A stretch of DNA of 64,000 nucleotides from Microcoleus sp. (GCA_052279835.1 CP181291.1:3776001-3840000), one strand, 5' to 3'. Shown: positions 41,590 through 53,586, counted from the first letter of the stretch. The notes: generated by a model not told the origin, from the sequence alone. A program made the numbers and translations.

Positions 41590-41892
41590 TTGTCTGACGC
41601 GCCGGAGGAGAAGAGTTCACAATAATTACGCTCAATCTAACACAAGCAAGGCCCTGTCGCAGTTGAGGTGCTTATATTCTTCAACTTTGTCGAGTTTGAT
41701 TTCCCAAGTAGAGGTTGCTCAATCTGGGGGTTGATACCCCACAAGCACCTTTAATTTTTCTGCAACAGGGCAGACCCCCTCTTAACTCAGGATGGTACAG
41801 GAGGTGATATTATATTTTTGTTCTGAAAGCTCAAACCAAGCGTTCAGTCGATCGCCATTGCAGATTAGACTTGCGTACCTTAAACTATCATC

Positions 41893-42678
41893 GTGAAAAT
41901 CGCCACCTGGAACGTCAACTCAATCCGCACCCGCATCGAACACGTCATTAACTGGCTGCAAGCAAACCCTGTAGAGGTTTTGTGTCTGCAAGAAACCAAA
42001 GTTACAGACACAGATTTTCCTCTGCAACCCTTTCTCGACATCGGCTACCACTGTTACATCTCCGGCCAAAAATCCTACAATGGTGTGGCGATTTTGAGTC
42101 GAGTTCCCATGCAGCAAGTTAGCGCCGGATTTTCACCTCTTCTGGGTGAGGAAATCGTCGGCACTTTTGACGAACAAAAACGCCTCATCACGGGCATTAT
42201 TGACGATATTTGTATTATTTCCGTGTATGTTCCCAACGGTTCAGAAGTGGGTTGCCAGAAATATGAATACAAGCTACATTGGCTGAAATTGTTACACAAA
42301 TACTTGAAAATTGCTCTTGACAAATCACCTCATTTGTGCATTTGTGGAGACTTTAATATCGTTCCGGGCGATCGAGATATTTACGACCCCAAAGCTTGTG
42401 CTAACTCCGCCGGCTTATCAGTCCCAGAGCGCCTCGCACTCACAGAAATCATAGAATTAGGATTGAGTGACCCCTTTCGTAAATTCACCTCAGAAGGTGG
42501 CCACTATAGCTGGTGGGACTATCGCGCCGCCTCCTTTCCTCGCAACAAAGGCTGGAGAATTGACCACCACTATCTCAGCTTGTCTCTCTATGAAAAAGCC
42601 AAAAACTGCACCATAGATATTAATCCCAGGAAACTCATCAAACCCAGCGACCACACCCCGGTAATTGTCGAATTTTGA
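41893..42678 (+). CDS. xth: Exodeoxyribonuclease III
   Basis: ATWNVNS, LQETK, GDFN, GWRID and SDH motifs. Confidence 0.95.
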   Translation: MKIATWNVNSIRTRIEHVINWLQANPVEVLCLQETKVTDTDFPLQPFLDIGYHCYISGQKSYNGVAILSRVPMQQVSAGFSPLLGEEIVGTFDEQKRLITGIIDDICIISVYVPNGSEVGCQKYEYKLHWLKLLHKYLKIALDKSPHLCICGDFNIVPGDRDIYDPKACANSAGLSVPERLALTEIIELGLSDPFRKFTSEGGHYSWWDYRAASFPRNKGWRIDHHYLSLSLYEKAKNCTIDINPRKLIKPSDHTPVIVEF

Positions 42679-42775
42679 TCGATCGCGACTTACGCAGGGA
42701 TAGCCAGAAACCGGGTTTGATAGACAAAAATACACCAATTACAGCCCGGTAAACAACTTAATCGCTAGCTAGGTA

Positions 42776-43393
42776 CTAGCTCTCGTACATCCGAGCTTCA
42801 GCCGCGTCTGGATTCTCCTCGCAATACTCGTCAAAAGCCGTTTTGTCCAGCTTCTGCGATCGCTGGTGAGAAGCCTCAGCCTGCATTTCCTCTACAATAT
42901 CCCAAGCTACCGCGCACTCTCTAGAAGTCACACCTTTTTCCGCACAAATAGTTCTGGCATCGGCGATCGCCTTATCTATTTCTTCATCAAATAAAACACT
43001 CTTCGGCTTCTCCAGAAAATCGCTTTTTGTCAATATATCCGTTACCGAAATAATGCCAACTAGCTTGTCTTTAATGACCGGCGCCCGACGGATGCGGGTA
43101 TTGGCGAACAACCTGGCCACATATTCCACGCCCAAGTCAGGATTCACCGTAATGCACGGCTTGGTCATAATCTCGAAGACGCGGACTTTTTTCGGGTCTA
43201 CTCCGTAGGCTGCTACTTTATAGACAATATCCGTTTCAGTCACAATGCCGTAGGCATCTTGTTCGTGGCGGCGTTCCACAATCAACGCGCGCAAACACAG
43301 CTCGTTCATCATCGCTACTGCTTCGGCAACAGTTGCCGAACCGCGAATGGTCACAACGTCTGTGGTCATAATATCTTGGGCTTTCATCATCAT
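42776..43393 (-). CDS. CBS-CP12 fusion protein
   Basis: Two CBS domains followed by the CP12 core CAVAWDIVEEM...YCEENP. Confidence 0.92.
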   Translation of the reverse strand: MMMKAQDIMTTDVVTIRGSATVAEAVAMMNELCLRALIVERRHEQDAYGIVTETDIVYKVAAYGVDPKKVRVFEIMTKPCITVNPDLGVEYVARLFANTRIRRAPVIKDKLVGIISVTDILTKSDFLEKPKSVLFDEEIDKAIADARTICAEKGVTSRECAVAWDIVEEMQAEASHQRSQKLDKTAFDEYCEENPDAAEARMYES

Positions 43394-44030
43394 TTTTTAT
43401 GACTCCCTGCTAATTAAATCTACCTCGATCGTGTCAAGAAAAACCTTTTCGGTAAATTTTGATATTTATTTATTTCGTTTTCTCAAAATTGACAACAATC
43501 TAGTGCTGTGTAAATTTAATGTTAATTTTTTTTAAAAGCCTCAAGATTGAGACCAGACATTTTTAGCATGGCTATCTTTTTAAGGATAGACTTACTCATA
43601 TAACTATTATAGCCTAGTCGATGAATATTTTTAGAAAAAATTAGGTAAAGTTTTTTAAACATTCCCTCCCCCCCAACTCTTGTAATAGTATGAGTTGCCC
43701 AGAAACAGTAAATACACTTAAATTTCGATTTAAAAGGGTGTGCAGACGGTTGCCCGATGCTTTTTCGATCTAAAACTTCACAACCAATCACAGCCAACCA
43801 GGCAGGAGGCTCAGTCAATACTGACTATCGCCCCAGATGGCTCAGGTTTTTCCACTCTCTCCCACTCTCCTGTGGATAAATTTCCCACTGTCGGGTCTGT
43901 AAGAAGCAAAAGTTAACACAAACTAACTCAAGACTTACGCTCGCACAGATCCCCGCCTCTGATAAACTTGATTGCTGGGAGTGCAAAAAAAGCACAAGGC
44001 ACGCAGGACTCAGTTGGGAGGATATAGTTC

Positions 44031-45068
44031 GTGGACAATGCAATCGGTTTAGAGATTATCGAAGTAGTAGAGCAGGCAGCCATCGCCTCAGCTCGATTGA
44101 TGGGCAAAGGCGAGAAAGATGAAGCCGACAGAGTGGCTGTAGAAGCCATGCGCGAGCGGATGAACAAAATTCATATGCGCGGTCGCATCGTGATCGGTGA
44201 AGGGGAACGCGACGACGCACCCATGCTTTATATCGGCGAGCAAGTGGGTATTTGTACCCGCGAAGATGCTAAAGATGTCTGCAACATAGATGAATTAATC
44301 GAGATTGACATCGCTGTTGACCCCTGCGAAGGTACTAACCTAGTGGCTTACGGTCAAAACGGTTCCATGGCAGTTTTAGCAATCTCCGAAAAAGGTGGTT
44401 TGTTTGCTGCTCCCGATTTCTACATGAACAAATTAGCTGCTCCTGCGGCTGCCAAAAATCATGTAGATATTCGTAAGACACCAACCCAAAACCTCAAAAT
44501 TATCTCTGATTGTCTCGGCCGCAGTGTTGAGGATTTGGTGGTAGTGGTGATGGACCGCCCCCGGCACAAAGATTTAATTAATGAAATTCGGCAAGCGGGT
44601 GCAAGAGTTCGACTGATCAGCGACGGCGACGTCTCAGCAGCAATTTCTTGCGCGTTTTCTGGTTCTAATATCCACGCACTTATGGGTATTGGTGCAGCAC
44701 CGGAAGGTGTGATTTCAGCAGCAGCTATGCGCTGTTTGGGCGGTCACTTCCAAGGGCAGTTGATTTACGATCCGGCTGTTGTCAAAACTGGTTTGATCGG
44801 TGAAAGTAAAGAGAGCAATATCGCTCGACTTAAAGAAATGGGCATCACAGACCCAGACAAGATTTACAATGCTGAAGAATTGGCATCGGGGGAAACAGTT
44901 CTGTTTGCAGCTTGCGGAATTACTCCCGGAACGCTGATGGATGGAGTTCGCTTCTTTGGTGGCGGCGCTCGTACTGAAAGTTTGGTAATTTCTTCTCAGT
45001 CCAAGACTGCTCGGTTTGTGGATACAATCCATATGTTTGACCAGCCGAAATCTCTGCAATTAAATTAG
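44031..45068 (+). CDS. glpX: Class II fructose-1,6/sedoheptulose-1,7-bisphosphatase
   Basis: [20 protein letters not shown] and GAAPEG motifs. Confidence 0.97.
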   Translation: MDNAIGLEIIEVVEQAAIASARLMGKGEKDEADRVAVEAMRERMNKIHMRGRIVIGEGERDDAPMLYIGEQVGICTREDAKDVCNIDELIEIDIAVDPCEGTNLVAYGQNGSMAVLAISEKGGLFAAPDFYMNKLAAPAAAKNHVDIRKTPTQNLKIISDCLGRSVEDLVVVVMDRPRHKDLINEIRQAGARVRLISDGDVSAAISCAFSGSNIHALMGIGAAPEGVISAAAMRCLGGHFQGQLIYDPAVVKTGLIGESKESNIARLKEMGITDPDKIYNAEELASGETVLFAACGITPGTLMDGVRFFGGGARTESLVISSQSKTARFVDTIHMFDQPKSLQLN

Positions 45069-45240
45069 TCATTAATTAACAGTTAACTGTTGGCTTTTGC
45101 CTGTGGACTCTTGGCTGTTAACTTTTGAGTGTTAACAGCCAACCGTATCCTGTTGGGTTGTTGACAGTTGACTGTTGACAGTCACCAGTTATTAGCAATT
45201 AAGGATAAACTAAACACTAATGACAGGTGACTGTTGACCA
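45064..45240. repeat. Degenerate CAGTTAA/CTGTTGA (STRR3-like) array
   Basis: Repeated heptamers; similar tract at about 4697-4743. Confidence 0.7.
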
Positions 45241-45269
45241 GTAAAAAAAAATAGTGACAAATCACAGAT

Positions 45270-46562
45270 ATGAATATTGCAGTTGTAGGTCTTAGCCACA
45301 AAACAGCGCCGGTTGAAGTTCGCGAAAAACTGAGCATTCCAGAACAGAAGATTGAAGGGGCTATAGCCCAATTGCGTAGCTACCCACATATTCAAGAGGT
45401 TGCTATTCTCAGCACTTGCAACCGCTTAGAAATTTATATTGTTACCACCGAGTCGGAACCTGGTGTGCGGGAAGTTACTCAATTCCTGTCAGAATGCAGT
45501 AAAGTTCCTTTACAGTCTTTGCGACCTCACCTGTTCATCTTACTCCACGAAGATGCGGTAATGCACCTCATGCGAGTTGCTTCTGGTCTTGACAGTTTGG
45601 TTCTCGGAGAAGGGCAAATTTTGGCTCAGGTGAAACAAACTCACAAACTCGCTCAGCAGTATAAAGGTGTAGGCCGAATTTTGGAGCGCTTGCTTAAGCA
45701 AGCCATGACAGCAGGGAAACGTGTTCGCACAGAAACCAGTATTGGTACCGGTGCGGTTTCCATTTCTTCGGCGGCGGCGGAACTGGCTCAACTCAAAGGT
45801 CAGCATTTAGCAACCAGCCGGATTGCGATTATCGGTGCTGGTAAAATGTCCAGACTTTTGGTCCAGCATTTGCTTTCCAAAGGAGCTGGCCATATTGCGA
45901 TCGTCAATCGATCGCTCCGTGGTGCCGAGGAATTAGCCAACCTGTTTAAAGATGCCGAATTACATTTATATCAGCTTTCGGAAATGATGTCGGTAATTGC
46001 CAGTTCCGACTTGGTTTTTACCAGCACCGCTGCTACAGATCCGCTCTTAAATAAAGCTAAATTAGCAACTGTCTTAGAACCCGATCGCCCTTTGATGTTA
46101 GTGGACATTTCTGTCCCCCGCAACGTCGATTCTGATGTAAAAGAACTGACCAATGTCAAGTCATTTAATGTAGACGACTTAAAAGCTGTGGTAGCTCAAA
46201 ATCACGAAACCCGCCGCAAAATGGCAATGGAAGCTGAGGGCATACTCGAACAAGAAGTAGCAGCTTTTGATGTTTGGTGGCGCAGCCTGGAAACTGTTCC
46301 TACTATTAGCTGTTTGCGAGATAAGATAGAATTGATTCGGGAACAAGAGTTAGAAAAAGCTTTATCGCGTTTAGGTTCAGAGTTTTCCGAGAAACATCAA
46401 GATGTGATTGAATCTTTAACAAGAGGGATTGTGAATAAAATTTTACACGATCCAATGGTGCAATTACGCGCTCAGCAAGATATTGAGGCACGGCGACAAG
46501 CAATGCAGACTTTGCAAACACTGTTTAATTTGGATGTGGATGTCAATCAGCAGTATAGCTAG
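45270..46562 (+). CDS. hemA: Glutamyl-tRNA reductase
   Basis: [25 protein letters not shown] and DISVPRN motifs. Confidence 0.97.
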   Translation: MNIAVVGLSHKTAPVEVREKLSIPEQKIEGAIAQLRSYPHIQEVAILSTCNRLEIYIVTTESEPGVREVTQFLSECSKVPLQSLRPHLFILLHEDAVMHLMRVASGLDSLVLGEGQILAQVKQTHKLAQQYKGVGRILERLLKQAMTAGKRVRTETSIGTGAVSISSAAAELAQLKGQHLATSRIAIIGAGKMSRLLVQHLLSKGAGHIAIVNRSLRGAEELANLFKDAELHLYQLSEMMSVIASSDLVFTSTAATDPLLNKAKLATVLEPDRPLMLVDISVPRNVDSDVKELTNVKSFNVDDLKAVVAQNHETRRKMAMEAEGILEQEVAAFDVWWRSLETVPTISCLRDKIELIREQELEKALSRLGSEFSEKHQDVIESLTRGIVNKILHDPMVQLRAQQDIEARRQAMQTLQTLFNLDVDVNQQYS

Positions 46563-46677
46563 TTGATTTTTTGCCCTAATTCCCAGGCTCTGCCTGGGGA
46601 TTATTTCCCTCTGGTTTTCATGCTTATTTTTTTTGCATTAAATTAAAAAAAAACGTCATTTTTTTAAGCTTAAACGC

Positions 46678-46792
46678 TTGACTTTCCCAAAGTGATAACC
46701 TATTATTAGATAATGGGAGTGGTGGCAATTTTTTTATTTTTGCCACCACTCCCATTATCTAAAATATACCATGAAAAAATCGCCGAAGTCAA
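46678..46792. promoter_or_regulatory. Perfect 23-bp inverted repeat flanked by two inward-facing sigma70-like promoters
   Basis: Arms at 46706-46728 and 46740-46762; + strand TTGACT-N17-TATTAT; - strand TTGACT-N18-TATATT. Confidence 0.55.
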
Positions 46793-46955
46793 TAGCTAAT
46801 CCTTATTTTTTAGGGCCGAGCAGTTATTGAAAGTAACAGAAAATTTGCGCTCTATACTTAATGAAAAAATAAAAAAAGGAAAGAAAAAATAAAAAAAGGA
46901 AATTTTTAACCGCAGATGAACTGCGGCAGATATTGATAGTGGCGAGAAGTTGAAG

Positions 46956-49900
46956 ATGATGACTTTGAACAGGCGAATTTATCAAATAATTCTACTGATT
47001 GCGGGGCTAGGGCTGGTGATGGAGTTAGTTACCAGCCTGATAGCAGAAATTCTGTGGTTTCAGGAAGTTGGATATCTTCAGGTTTTGCTGTTGAGGCTGA
47101 AAACTCAAGGGTTGCTGGGGGTAATTCCCACTGCTATTTCTGCTGTTTTTTTGATGGGGAATTTAGCTTTAGCCCGCCGCCTCAAGCATCCCACTCAGGA
47201 AACCAAGTCGCTGAATTCGGGGGCGTTATTTGCTTCCGTAAATCTCACAAAAACGGTGCAGAATAATCAATTATCTCTGTCTAAACCTCCACAGGCATTT
47301 CCCTGGTTGCTGTTGTGCTTATTCGGATTGAGCGCGATCGCAGGTTTGATGGTAATTCATTGCGGGCTGTTAGCAGCAGCTAGCCTCGCCGATTTCAGTA
47401 TAGCCAGTGCACTGCCTGCCGGGCCAATTAATTTGCGATTTGAGCCCCTAGGGCAGCTATCTGTGCAGTTATTTTCTCATTGGTGGCAGTTGGGTTTACT
47501 GCTGGGACTGATGTTAGCCATGACTATTAAGCCGGATTTTTGGCTGCGGGCGATCGCCTTTTTTCTCAGTTTGGCGATCGGCATAATTACCGCCAGTCGC
47601 TGGACAAAAGTCTTGCTCTATTTCCACCCCATTAACTTTAACACCACCGACCCTATTTTTAATCAAGATATTAGCTTTTATGTATTTATTTTGCCCATAT
47701 TAGAATTGTGCGCCTTCTCACTGACTGTGGTATTTTTGTATGGTTTAGTATCTAGCATTTTTACCTATTTACTATCTGCCAACAGCTTGAGTCAAGGAAT
47801 CTTGTTGACGTTTTCGCGATCGCAGCAGCGACACTTATATGGCTTAGGCTCACTTTTGATGCTAGCCATCGCCTTCCTCTATGGACTAGCTCGTTACGAA
47901 TTGCTGTACTCGCGGGGAGACGTTACTTACGGGGCTAATTATGCTGATGTCACAGTGCGACTGCCCTCCTATGGATTTGCCAGTGTTATGGCGCTCGCGA
48001 TCGCACTTTTTATGCTCTGGCAAGTCGGTAAATTAAAGATTAAAAGTAACCCCTTTAAATCCCTTGTCATTAGTTTGGTTATAAGCTGTTTATCTTTAAT
48101 TTATTTACTGCCAGTAATCGTGCAATTGTTAATTGTCAACCCCAACGAAATAGCCAAAGAAAGACAATATATTCAGAGAAGTATTACCTTTACTCAACAA
48201 GCATTCAATCTCAACAAAATCGAAATAAAAACTTTCGATCCAGAAGGTAAATTAAGCTATAAAGACTTGGAAAAAAATCAGCTTACCATCAGCAATATCC
48301 GCGTCTGGGACAAACTGCCCCTACTGCAAACCAACCGACAGTTGCAACAAATTAGACCTTATTATAAATTCTTAGATGCTGATATCGATCGCTACACAGT
48401 TAAAAACCAGAAAACCGCAAAACAAGATGCCGACAGCCAACAAGTCATTATCGCCGCTAGAGAATTAGACTACACAGCAGTTACTCCCGAAGCTCAAACT
48501 TGGGTTAACGAACACCTGGTATACACTCACGGTTATGGCTTTACTCTTTCTCCCGTCAATACTATCGGTGCCGGCGGTTTACCCGATTATTTTGTCAAAG
48601 ATATTGGAGTTGAAGCGAGGGGGGAGACGGCTTTAGACATCACTAGCGATCGCCTTCGAGCCAGTATACCCATCGGGCACCCCCGCATTTATTACGGCGA
48701 AGTCACCGATACCGACGTGATGGCACTTACCAAAGTTAAAGAATTCGACTACCCCAGCGGTGAAGACAATGTTTACAATACATACAGTGGTAAAGGCGGA
48801 ATTGCCATAGACTCTCTGTGGAGACGCTGGTTATTTGCTAATTATCTCAAAAATTGGCAAATAGCTTTCACCCGCAATTTTACACCCCAAACTAAGTTGT
48901 TGTACCGCCGAAATATTAACAAAAGAGTACGAGCGATCGCTCCTTTTTTGCGCTACGATTCAGACCCCTACTTAGTAGTAGTCAACGCCCAGATTAGTCA
49001 AACTAATTTCCGAGAAAAAGCAGCCAAGAAAACAACCAAAAATATCCAGTCTTCCCCCTCACTCAATCAGAATTATCCCAACTACCTTTACTGGATTGTC
49101 GATGCCTACACTACCAGCGATCGTTATCCCTATTCCGATCCCGGAAAAAATGAATTTAACTATATCCGCAACTCGGTAAAAATAGTCATTGATGCCTACA
49201 ACGGCTCTGTAGACTTCTACGTTGCCAACCCCTCAGACCCCGATAATCAACAGTTGGATGGCTATTTTTCCAGCACTCTTCAAACCTCTTGACAAAATGC
49301 CTCCGGCTCTCCGCAAACATCTCAGATACCCAGCAGATTTATTGAGCGTTCAATCCGAACGCCTGTTAACCTATCACATGGAAGACCCTCAAGTATTTTA
49401 CAATCGAGAGGACTTATGGCGAATTCCCAATGAAATTTACGGCAGCGAACAGCAACCAGTAGCACCCTATTATTTGATTACAAAACTACCGACTGAAAAA
49501 TCAGAAGAATTTATTTTGTTACTGCCATTTACCCCTGTCGGTAGGAACAATTTAATTGCTTGGATTGCGGGGCGATCCGATGAGGGCGATTACGGAAAAT
49601 TGCTACTGTACCAATTTCCCAAACAGCGATTAGTTTATGGTCCTGAACAAATAGAAGCTTTAATCAACCAAGATCCTGTTATTTCGGAACAAATATCTCT
49701 GTGGAATCGCCAAGGTTCAAAAGCAATTCAAGGAAATTTATTAGTCATTCCCATAGAACAATCTTTACTCTACGTTGAACCTTTGTACTTAGAAGCCGAG
49801 CGCAATAGTTTACCCACTTTAGTAAGAGTGATTGTTGCCTACGAAAACCGCATTGTCATGGCCGAAAATCTGGACGCAGCGCTGAAAGCACTATTTCAGC

Positions 49901-49965
49901 CTCAAGCTATCAATAAACCCGCCATCGTCCGTCCTGTAGAAGGAGCAACACCGGCTTTAAACTAA
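46956..49965 (+). pseudogene. UPF0182 family membrane protein, frameshifted at 49238-49241 (probable sequencing error)
   Basis: LWFQEVGY, DPIFNQDISFYVF, HLVYTHGYG and NYIRNSVK motifs; removing one C gives DPIINSW and joins the two ORFs. Confidence 0.88.
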
Positions 49966-49978
49966 TACTATTAGCAGT

Positions 49979-50689
49979 TTAATTCAAATTCTCTTGAGGA
50001 GCAGCCTTGATATCCTGCCACCAAACATAGACATAGGGCCATATCAATTTTTCATCTCCAACAGCATCTACTTTCACTGTCACTTCATAACGGCCAATAT
50101 GCGTGAGTTCCCCAAGTTTGCCATTCCACTGTAACCGATCGGGATTATCAGTGCGAATTTCTACCCTTTGATTCAAAAGTGGCAGCATCTGCTGGGAAGA
50201 ACCATAAAACGGATTTTTGCCTTTGAGGATATAGCCACCAATCAAAAATAAATACATTAAAGCCATAAAAAATAGCGTACACAAACCCATAATTAACAGT
50301 ATTTTTTGTGGCGAAAAACGGCTATAAATACTGGTAATTCCTAGAATAAGAGTTACGAAAAATAAAAAACTTGGCAGCACCAGGGAATCTTCCAGAAACA
50401 CCGTACCAAACAAGATCGGGACTAATTGACAAACCAATAATCCACTCGCCCTAGTCCACACATTTAGCAACGATGAAGACAGCACCCAATGTATTACTGT
50501 AGTAAGTGCTGTACCAAGAGCAATCATCATTCCTATTACCCAAAGCGGTACCGCATAATCGTACTCTCTGAAGGGAAGAAGAACAAAAAATATTACAGCA
50601 CATACAAAGCCAGCGGAAACTAATCCCAATCCACTTAATATATCATTCCACTTGAGCATTATTGAAACATCACTACATCTAGCCTGCAT
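49979..50689 (-). CDS. Hypothetical membrane protein
   Basis: About 5 hydrophobic helices and a small soluble C-terminal domain. Confidence 0.6.
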   Translation of the reverse strand: MQARCSDVSIMLKWNDILSGLGLVSAGFVCAVIFFVLLPFREYDYAVPLWVIGMMIALGTALTTVIHWVLSSSLLNVWTRASGLLVCQLVPILFGTVFLEDSLVLPSFLFFVTLILGITSIYSRFSPQKILLIMGLCTLFFMALMYLFLIGGYILKGKNPFYGSSQQMLPLLNQRVEIRTDNPDRLQWNGKLGELTHIGRYEVTVKVDAVGDEKLIWPYVYVWWQDIKAAPQENLN

Positions 50690-50774
50690 CTACGGTCAAA
50701 AAATCTCACTTTACGCAACTCTCCTATCGGTGATTGAGTGGGTGCTTAACTATTTGCTGCGGTCAGGATATCAT

Positions 50775-51725
50775 TTACCGAGGATCGATCGACCTCACAA
50801 ATTGCTGCAACGGCTTTGGTAGGGCCGGAACAAAAGTCTTTCTAAAACCTTTAACATCAAACACCCGCCACAAAATACCCACCGCTACCATCAAGAAAAA
50901 TAAGGCTCCCAAAAAATTGAACGTGTTAGAAATAAAACTGTCACCCCTTTTTTTGGGAGCAGTAATGTGTTTCATGCGATAGACAGCCGGCGCCATTTCT
51001 CTCGGTTCCTCCCGACTGCGAGGCGGCTTTCTCGGACGCGAACTGGAAGTAAGATTCTCACTAAAAGGCGTTTTATTCGTTTTAATATAACTGCTAGCCG
51101 AATTCATTTCAAAATTGCTGCGCGTCCCCGTTAATTTACTAGCTGAGGACCCAGCTTGGTTGATACTATTTTCCTCAATTCTACTGCGGCTCCGCTGATT
51201 TGATTTGCGTTCGGCAAGGGTTCGCATCAAACTTTGTAATTGTTGAGTTGCCGCCGCTGGACGTTCCCCCTTCCTGGCCCAATTTAACATCATGGCCCCG
51301 GTAATGCCACAGAGATTTGTACTTCCTACAGAAGCTATTCGTTTGAGTAGAGGCTGGGTGTTGGAAACAAACACTACGAGTGCGTCTGGGTGTTCCTGAG
51401 CTAAACCGTAAACGCACTGAGCCGTTGCAACGACTAGCATTGCTTGTGTGCTTTGATTTTTAATCGAAGGTTCTAGGGATCTGTGCGTTTCTTGAGCATC
51501 AGTTACAATCCAGCCACTGTCTGCAAAAAAGCGCATAAACTCCCTAGCTACTTGCTCTTGAGATTTTTCTACTGCTTTCCCTGTCAAATAATCTATTTCG
51601 TCATATACTACTTCCGGGAGATAGCAACTTCCCACTTTGGCATATTCTTGCCACACTTGGGTTCTGCCAGCCATCAAAACATCTGCATCAAAAGTTACCA
51701 ATACAGGAGGAAGTTGATTAGCCAT
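50775..51725 (-). CDS. PIN-like domain protein with a C-terminal TM anchor
   Basis: LVTFDADVLM...LPEVVYDEI pattern, Ser/Arg-rich linker, hydrophobic C-terminus. Confidence 0.65.
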   Translation of the reverse strand: MANQLPPVLVTFDADVLMAGRTQVWQEYAKVGSCYLPEVVYDEIDYLTGKAVEKSQEQVAREFMRFFADSGWIVTDAQETHRSLEPSIKNQSTQAMLVVATAQCVYGLAQEHPDALVVFVSNTQPLLKRIASVGSTNLCGITGAMMLNWARKGERPAAATQQLQSLMRTLAERKSNQRSRSRIEENSINQAGSSASKLTGTRSNFEMNSASSYIKTNKTPFSENLTSSSRPRKPPRSREEPREMAPAVYRMKHITAPKKRGDSFISNTFNFLGALFFLMVAVGILWRVFDVKGFRKTFVPALPKPLQQFVRSIDPR

Positions 51726-51803
51726 AACTTTACCCTAGATGCTTAGATAAGTGATTTTTACTCGATACATTAAGTTTAAACCAATTGTGAGATTTTCCAT
51801 TAG

Positions 51804-51839
51804 TTGATACTCCCCACTGATGAATCAGGGGGATTCTTG
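51804..51839 (-). mobile_element. IS200/IS605 (TnpB-type) right-end-like hairpin remnant
   Basis: Minus strand reads GAATCCCC..CTGA-TTCA-TCAG..GGGGAGTATCAA, the typical subterminal hairpin ending in TCAA; no transposase nearby. Confidence 0.55.
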
Positions 51840-51966
51840 ACTAAGACCACAAAGGGACTTTCAAAGGCGTTATCAAAGCACCTCTACTGACTCCCGTGAA
51901 CTACGCACCAAGCTTGTTTAATTGCCCAGTCTTTACCTTGTATTGGGATTTTAAGTTGAACTTGAC

Positions 51967-53586
51967 CTAGTTGCCAATACCTAAACGCCCAGCTAAAGCT
52001 GGAGTCCACGGCAAAAGTATAGCAATCATCAGAAACAAAGCCAACAAACCCAATGCTGCGCGAGCGTCGTCAGGTTCAGTTAGCTCGTTGAGGGATGGCC
52101 GCTCTAAATTCCGCTGTAAAATCAGAATCACCAGCGCCCAATACAGGGCTAAAGGATTAACTAAAGAAGCGATCGCTAATACCCCAAAAGTCACCAAAGT
52201 CGCGCGATTAGCAGTTTTCCTGCCGTAGATTGCTTGGACGATTCTACCGCCATCCAACTGTCCGGCTGGCATCAAATTAATCGCTGTAATCACCAAGCCC
52301 AACCAACCGATAACCACCAGAGGATGAACGTCCACAAGCTGCTGGTGCAAAGCGGAACCCAAAACCACTTTTGCCAAAGTTCCTACTAAAACTGAACCCT
52401 TAAAGAATTCTGCGGGAATTTGAAACAAACTGCCGGGGTGAGAAAGTAGCAAACCGACTGCCAGCATCAATAGAGCAACTATTCCCCCGGCTGCTTCCCC
52501 CGCCATGGAGATGTCAAATAGGACTTTGCGGTTAGGTAGCAGGGACTCAAAACGATCGATCGCCCCAAAAGAACCTATTTGCCAAGTTGGTATAAAAAAT
52601 GGCCAACTCAAGTTAATCTGATACCGATTTGCCACGACTCGGCGAGCAATTTCACGAGAGCCTAAAACCGCCCAAATTCCTGCTGCAATGGGTAAAACTT
52701 CTGGGTATCTCGCTGGCGAACTAAAGAAGTCAAAACCCCGGAGCAATCCACTGGTTTCTAATGTAGTAGCAATTGTTGCTACGAGCAGCACCACTGCTAG
52801 GATTTTTTGAGATAGGGTACTTGGCTGGGGGTCGTTGTCGCTGGGTAGGACGATAACTACCGGTTTGTCGTCTTGATTTTCTACTAAAAACAGTCGGTAG
52901 CGCGAACCCAGTCTGGCTTGTAAACTTGCCGACAACCGCGAGTGTACTTGTTCTGGATCTCCCCGCAGATTCCCTTTTAAAATCAACCCGTCTTGATAGG
53001 GAATTGTTTCTGTGGCAAAGAAAGTATCGATGCCAAAGATACCTTGAATTGCTTTTAAGTCTTCGGCGGGGACTGGAATGATTTCTAATGGATTAGTGTT
53101 GGGGGATGAGGTTACAGTTTTAACTGGTTGTGTGGGGGGGTCCGGCGGGGACTCTGGGGCCAAATTGCCATCGTTGACCGACTTTTGTTCCCTAGCATCG
53201 GGAGTATCAGCGCGCGATCGTAACACTCTATCTCCCGCAGCCGATCGCAGTTCCCTGCCCAGATAAATGTACAATCCGGTTGATACTACTAGCATCAACA
53301 ATACCGCCACTAGATTTAGGTAAATGCCAGCAGAGAACAAACCAAAAAACAACAGCCAGGGAGTCATCAGCACTACTGACTGCAACCAAGCTAAAATCCC
53401 TAGTTTGCCTTCTTGTTTGGCGCGATAAAAACCCCTACCTAGGATTCCTACAGCAACTAATAGTAGGACAATAGTTGCCGTATTTTCCGATGTCATCATT
53501 GTTTCCATTCCTGTGGCTGGCGCTAATAGTATTAAATTTGGGGGAATATAAAATAAAGTTGCTGCGAACATATCCAAGTGTTTCAT
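51967..53586 (-). CDS. Site-2 protease family (M50, EGY-like) membrane protein
   Basis: INLMPAGQLDGG and IGSFGA motifs; HExxH is degenerate (REIAR); the real start may be near 53508. Confidence 0.85.
   Translation of the reverse strand: MKHLDMFAATLFYIPPNLILLAPATGMETMMTSENTATIVLLLVAVGILGRGFYRAKQEGKLGILAWLQSVVLMTPWLLFFGLFSAGIYLNLVAVLLMLVVSTGLYIYLGRELRSAAGDRVLRSRADTPDAREQKSVNDGNLAPESPPDPPTQPVKTVTSSPNTNPLEIIPVPAEDLKAIQGIFGIDTFFATETIPYQDGLILKGNLRGDPEQVHSRLSASLQARLGSRYRLFLVENQDDKPVVIVLPSDNDPQPSTLSQKILAVVLLVATIATTLETSGLLRGFDFFSSPARYPEVLPIAAGIWAVLGSREIARRVVANRYQINLSWPFFIPTWQIGSFGAIDRFESLLPNRKVLFDISMAGEAAGGIVALLMLAVGLLLSHPGSLFQIPAEFFKGSVLVGTLAKVVLGSALHQQLVDVHPLVVIGWLGLVITAINLMPAGQLDGGRIVQAIYGRKTANRATLVTFGVLAIASLVNPLALYWALVILILQRNLERPSLNELTEPDDARAALGLLALFLMIAILLPWTPALAGRLGIGN

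Noticed and set aside
43522..44167. Short minus-strand ORFs between CBS-CP12 and glpX
   Set aside because: No recognisable motifs; they lie in a divergent promoter region or overlap glpX.
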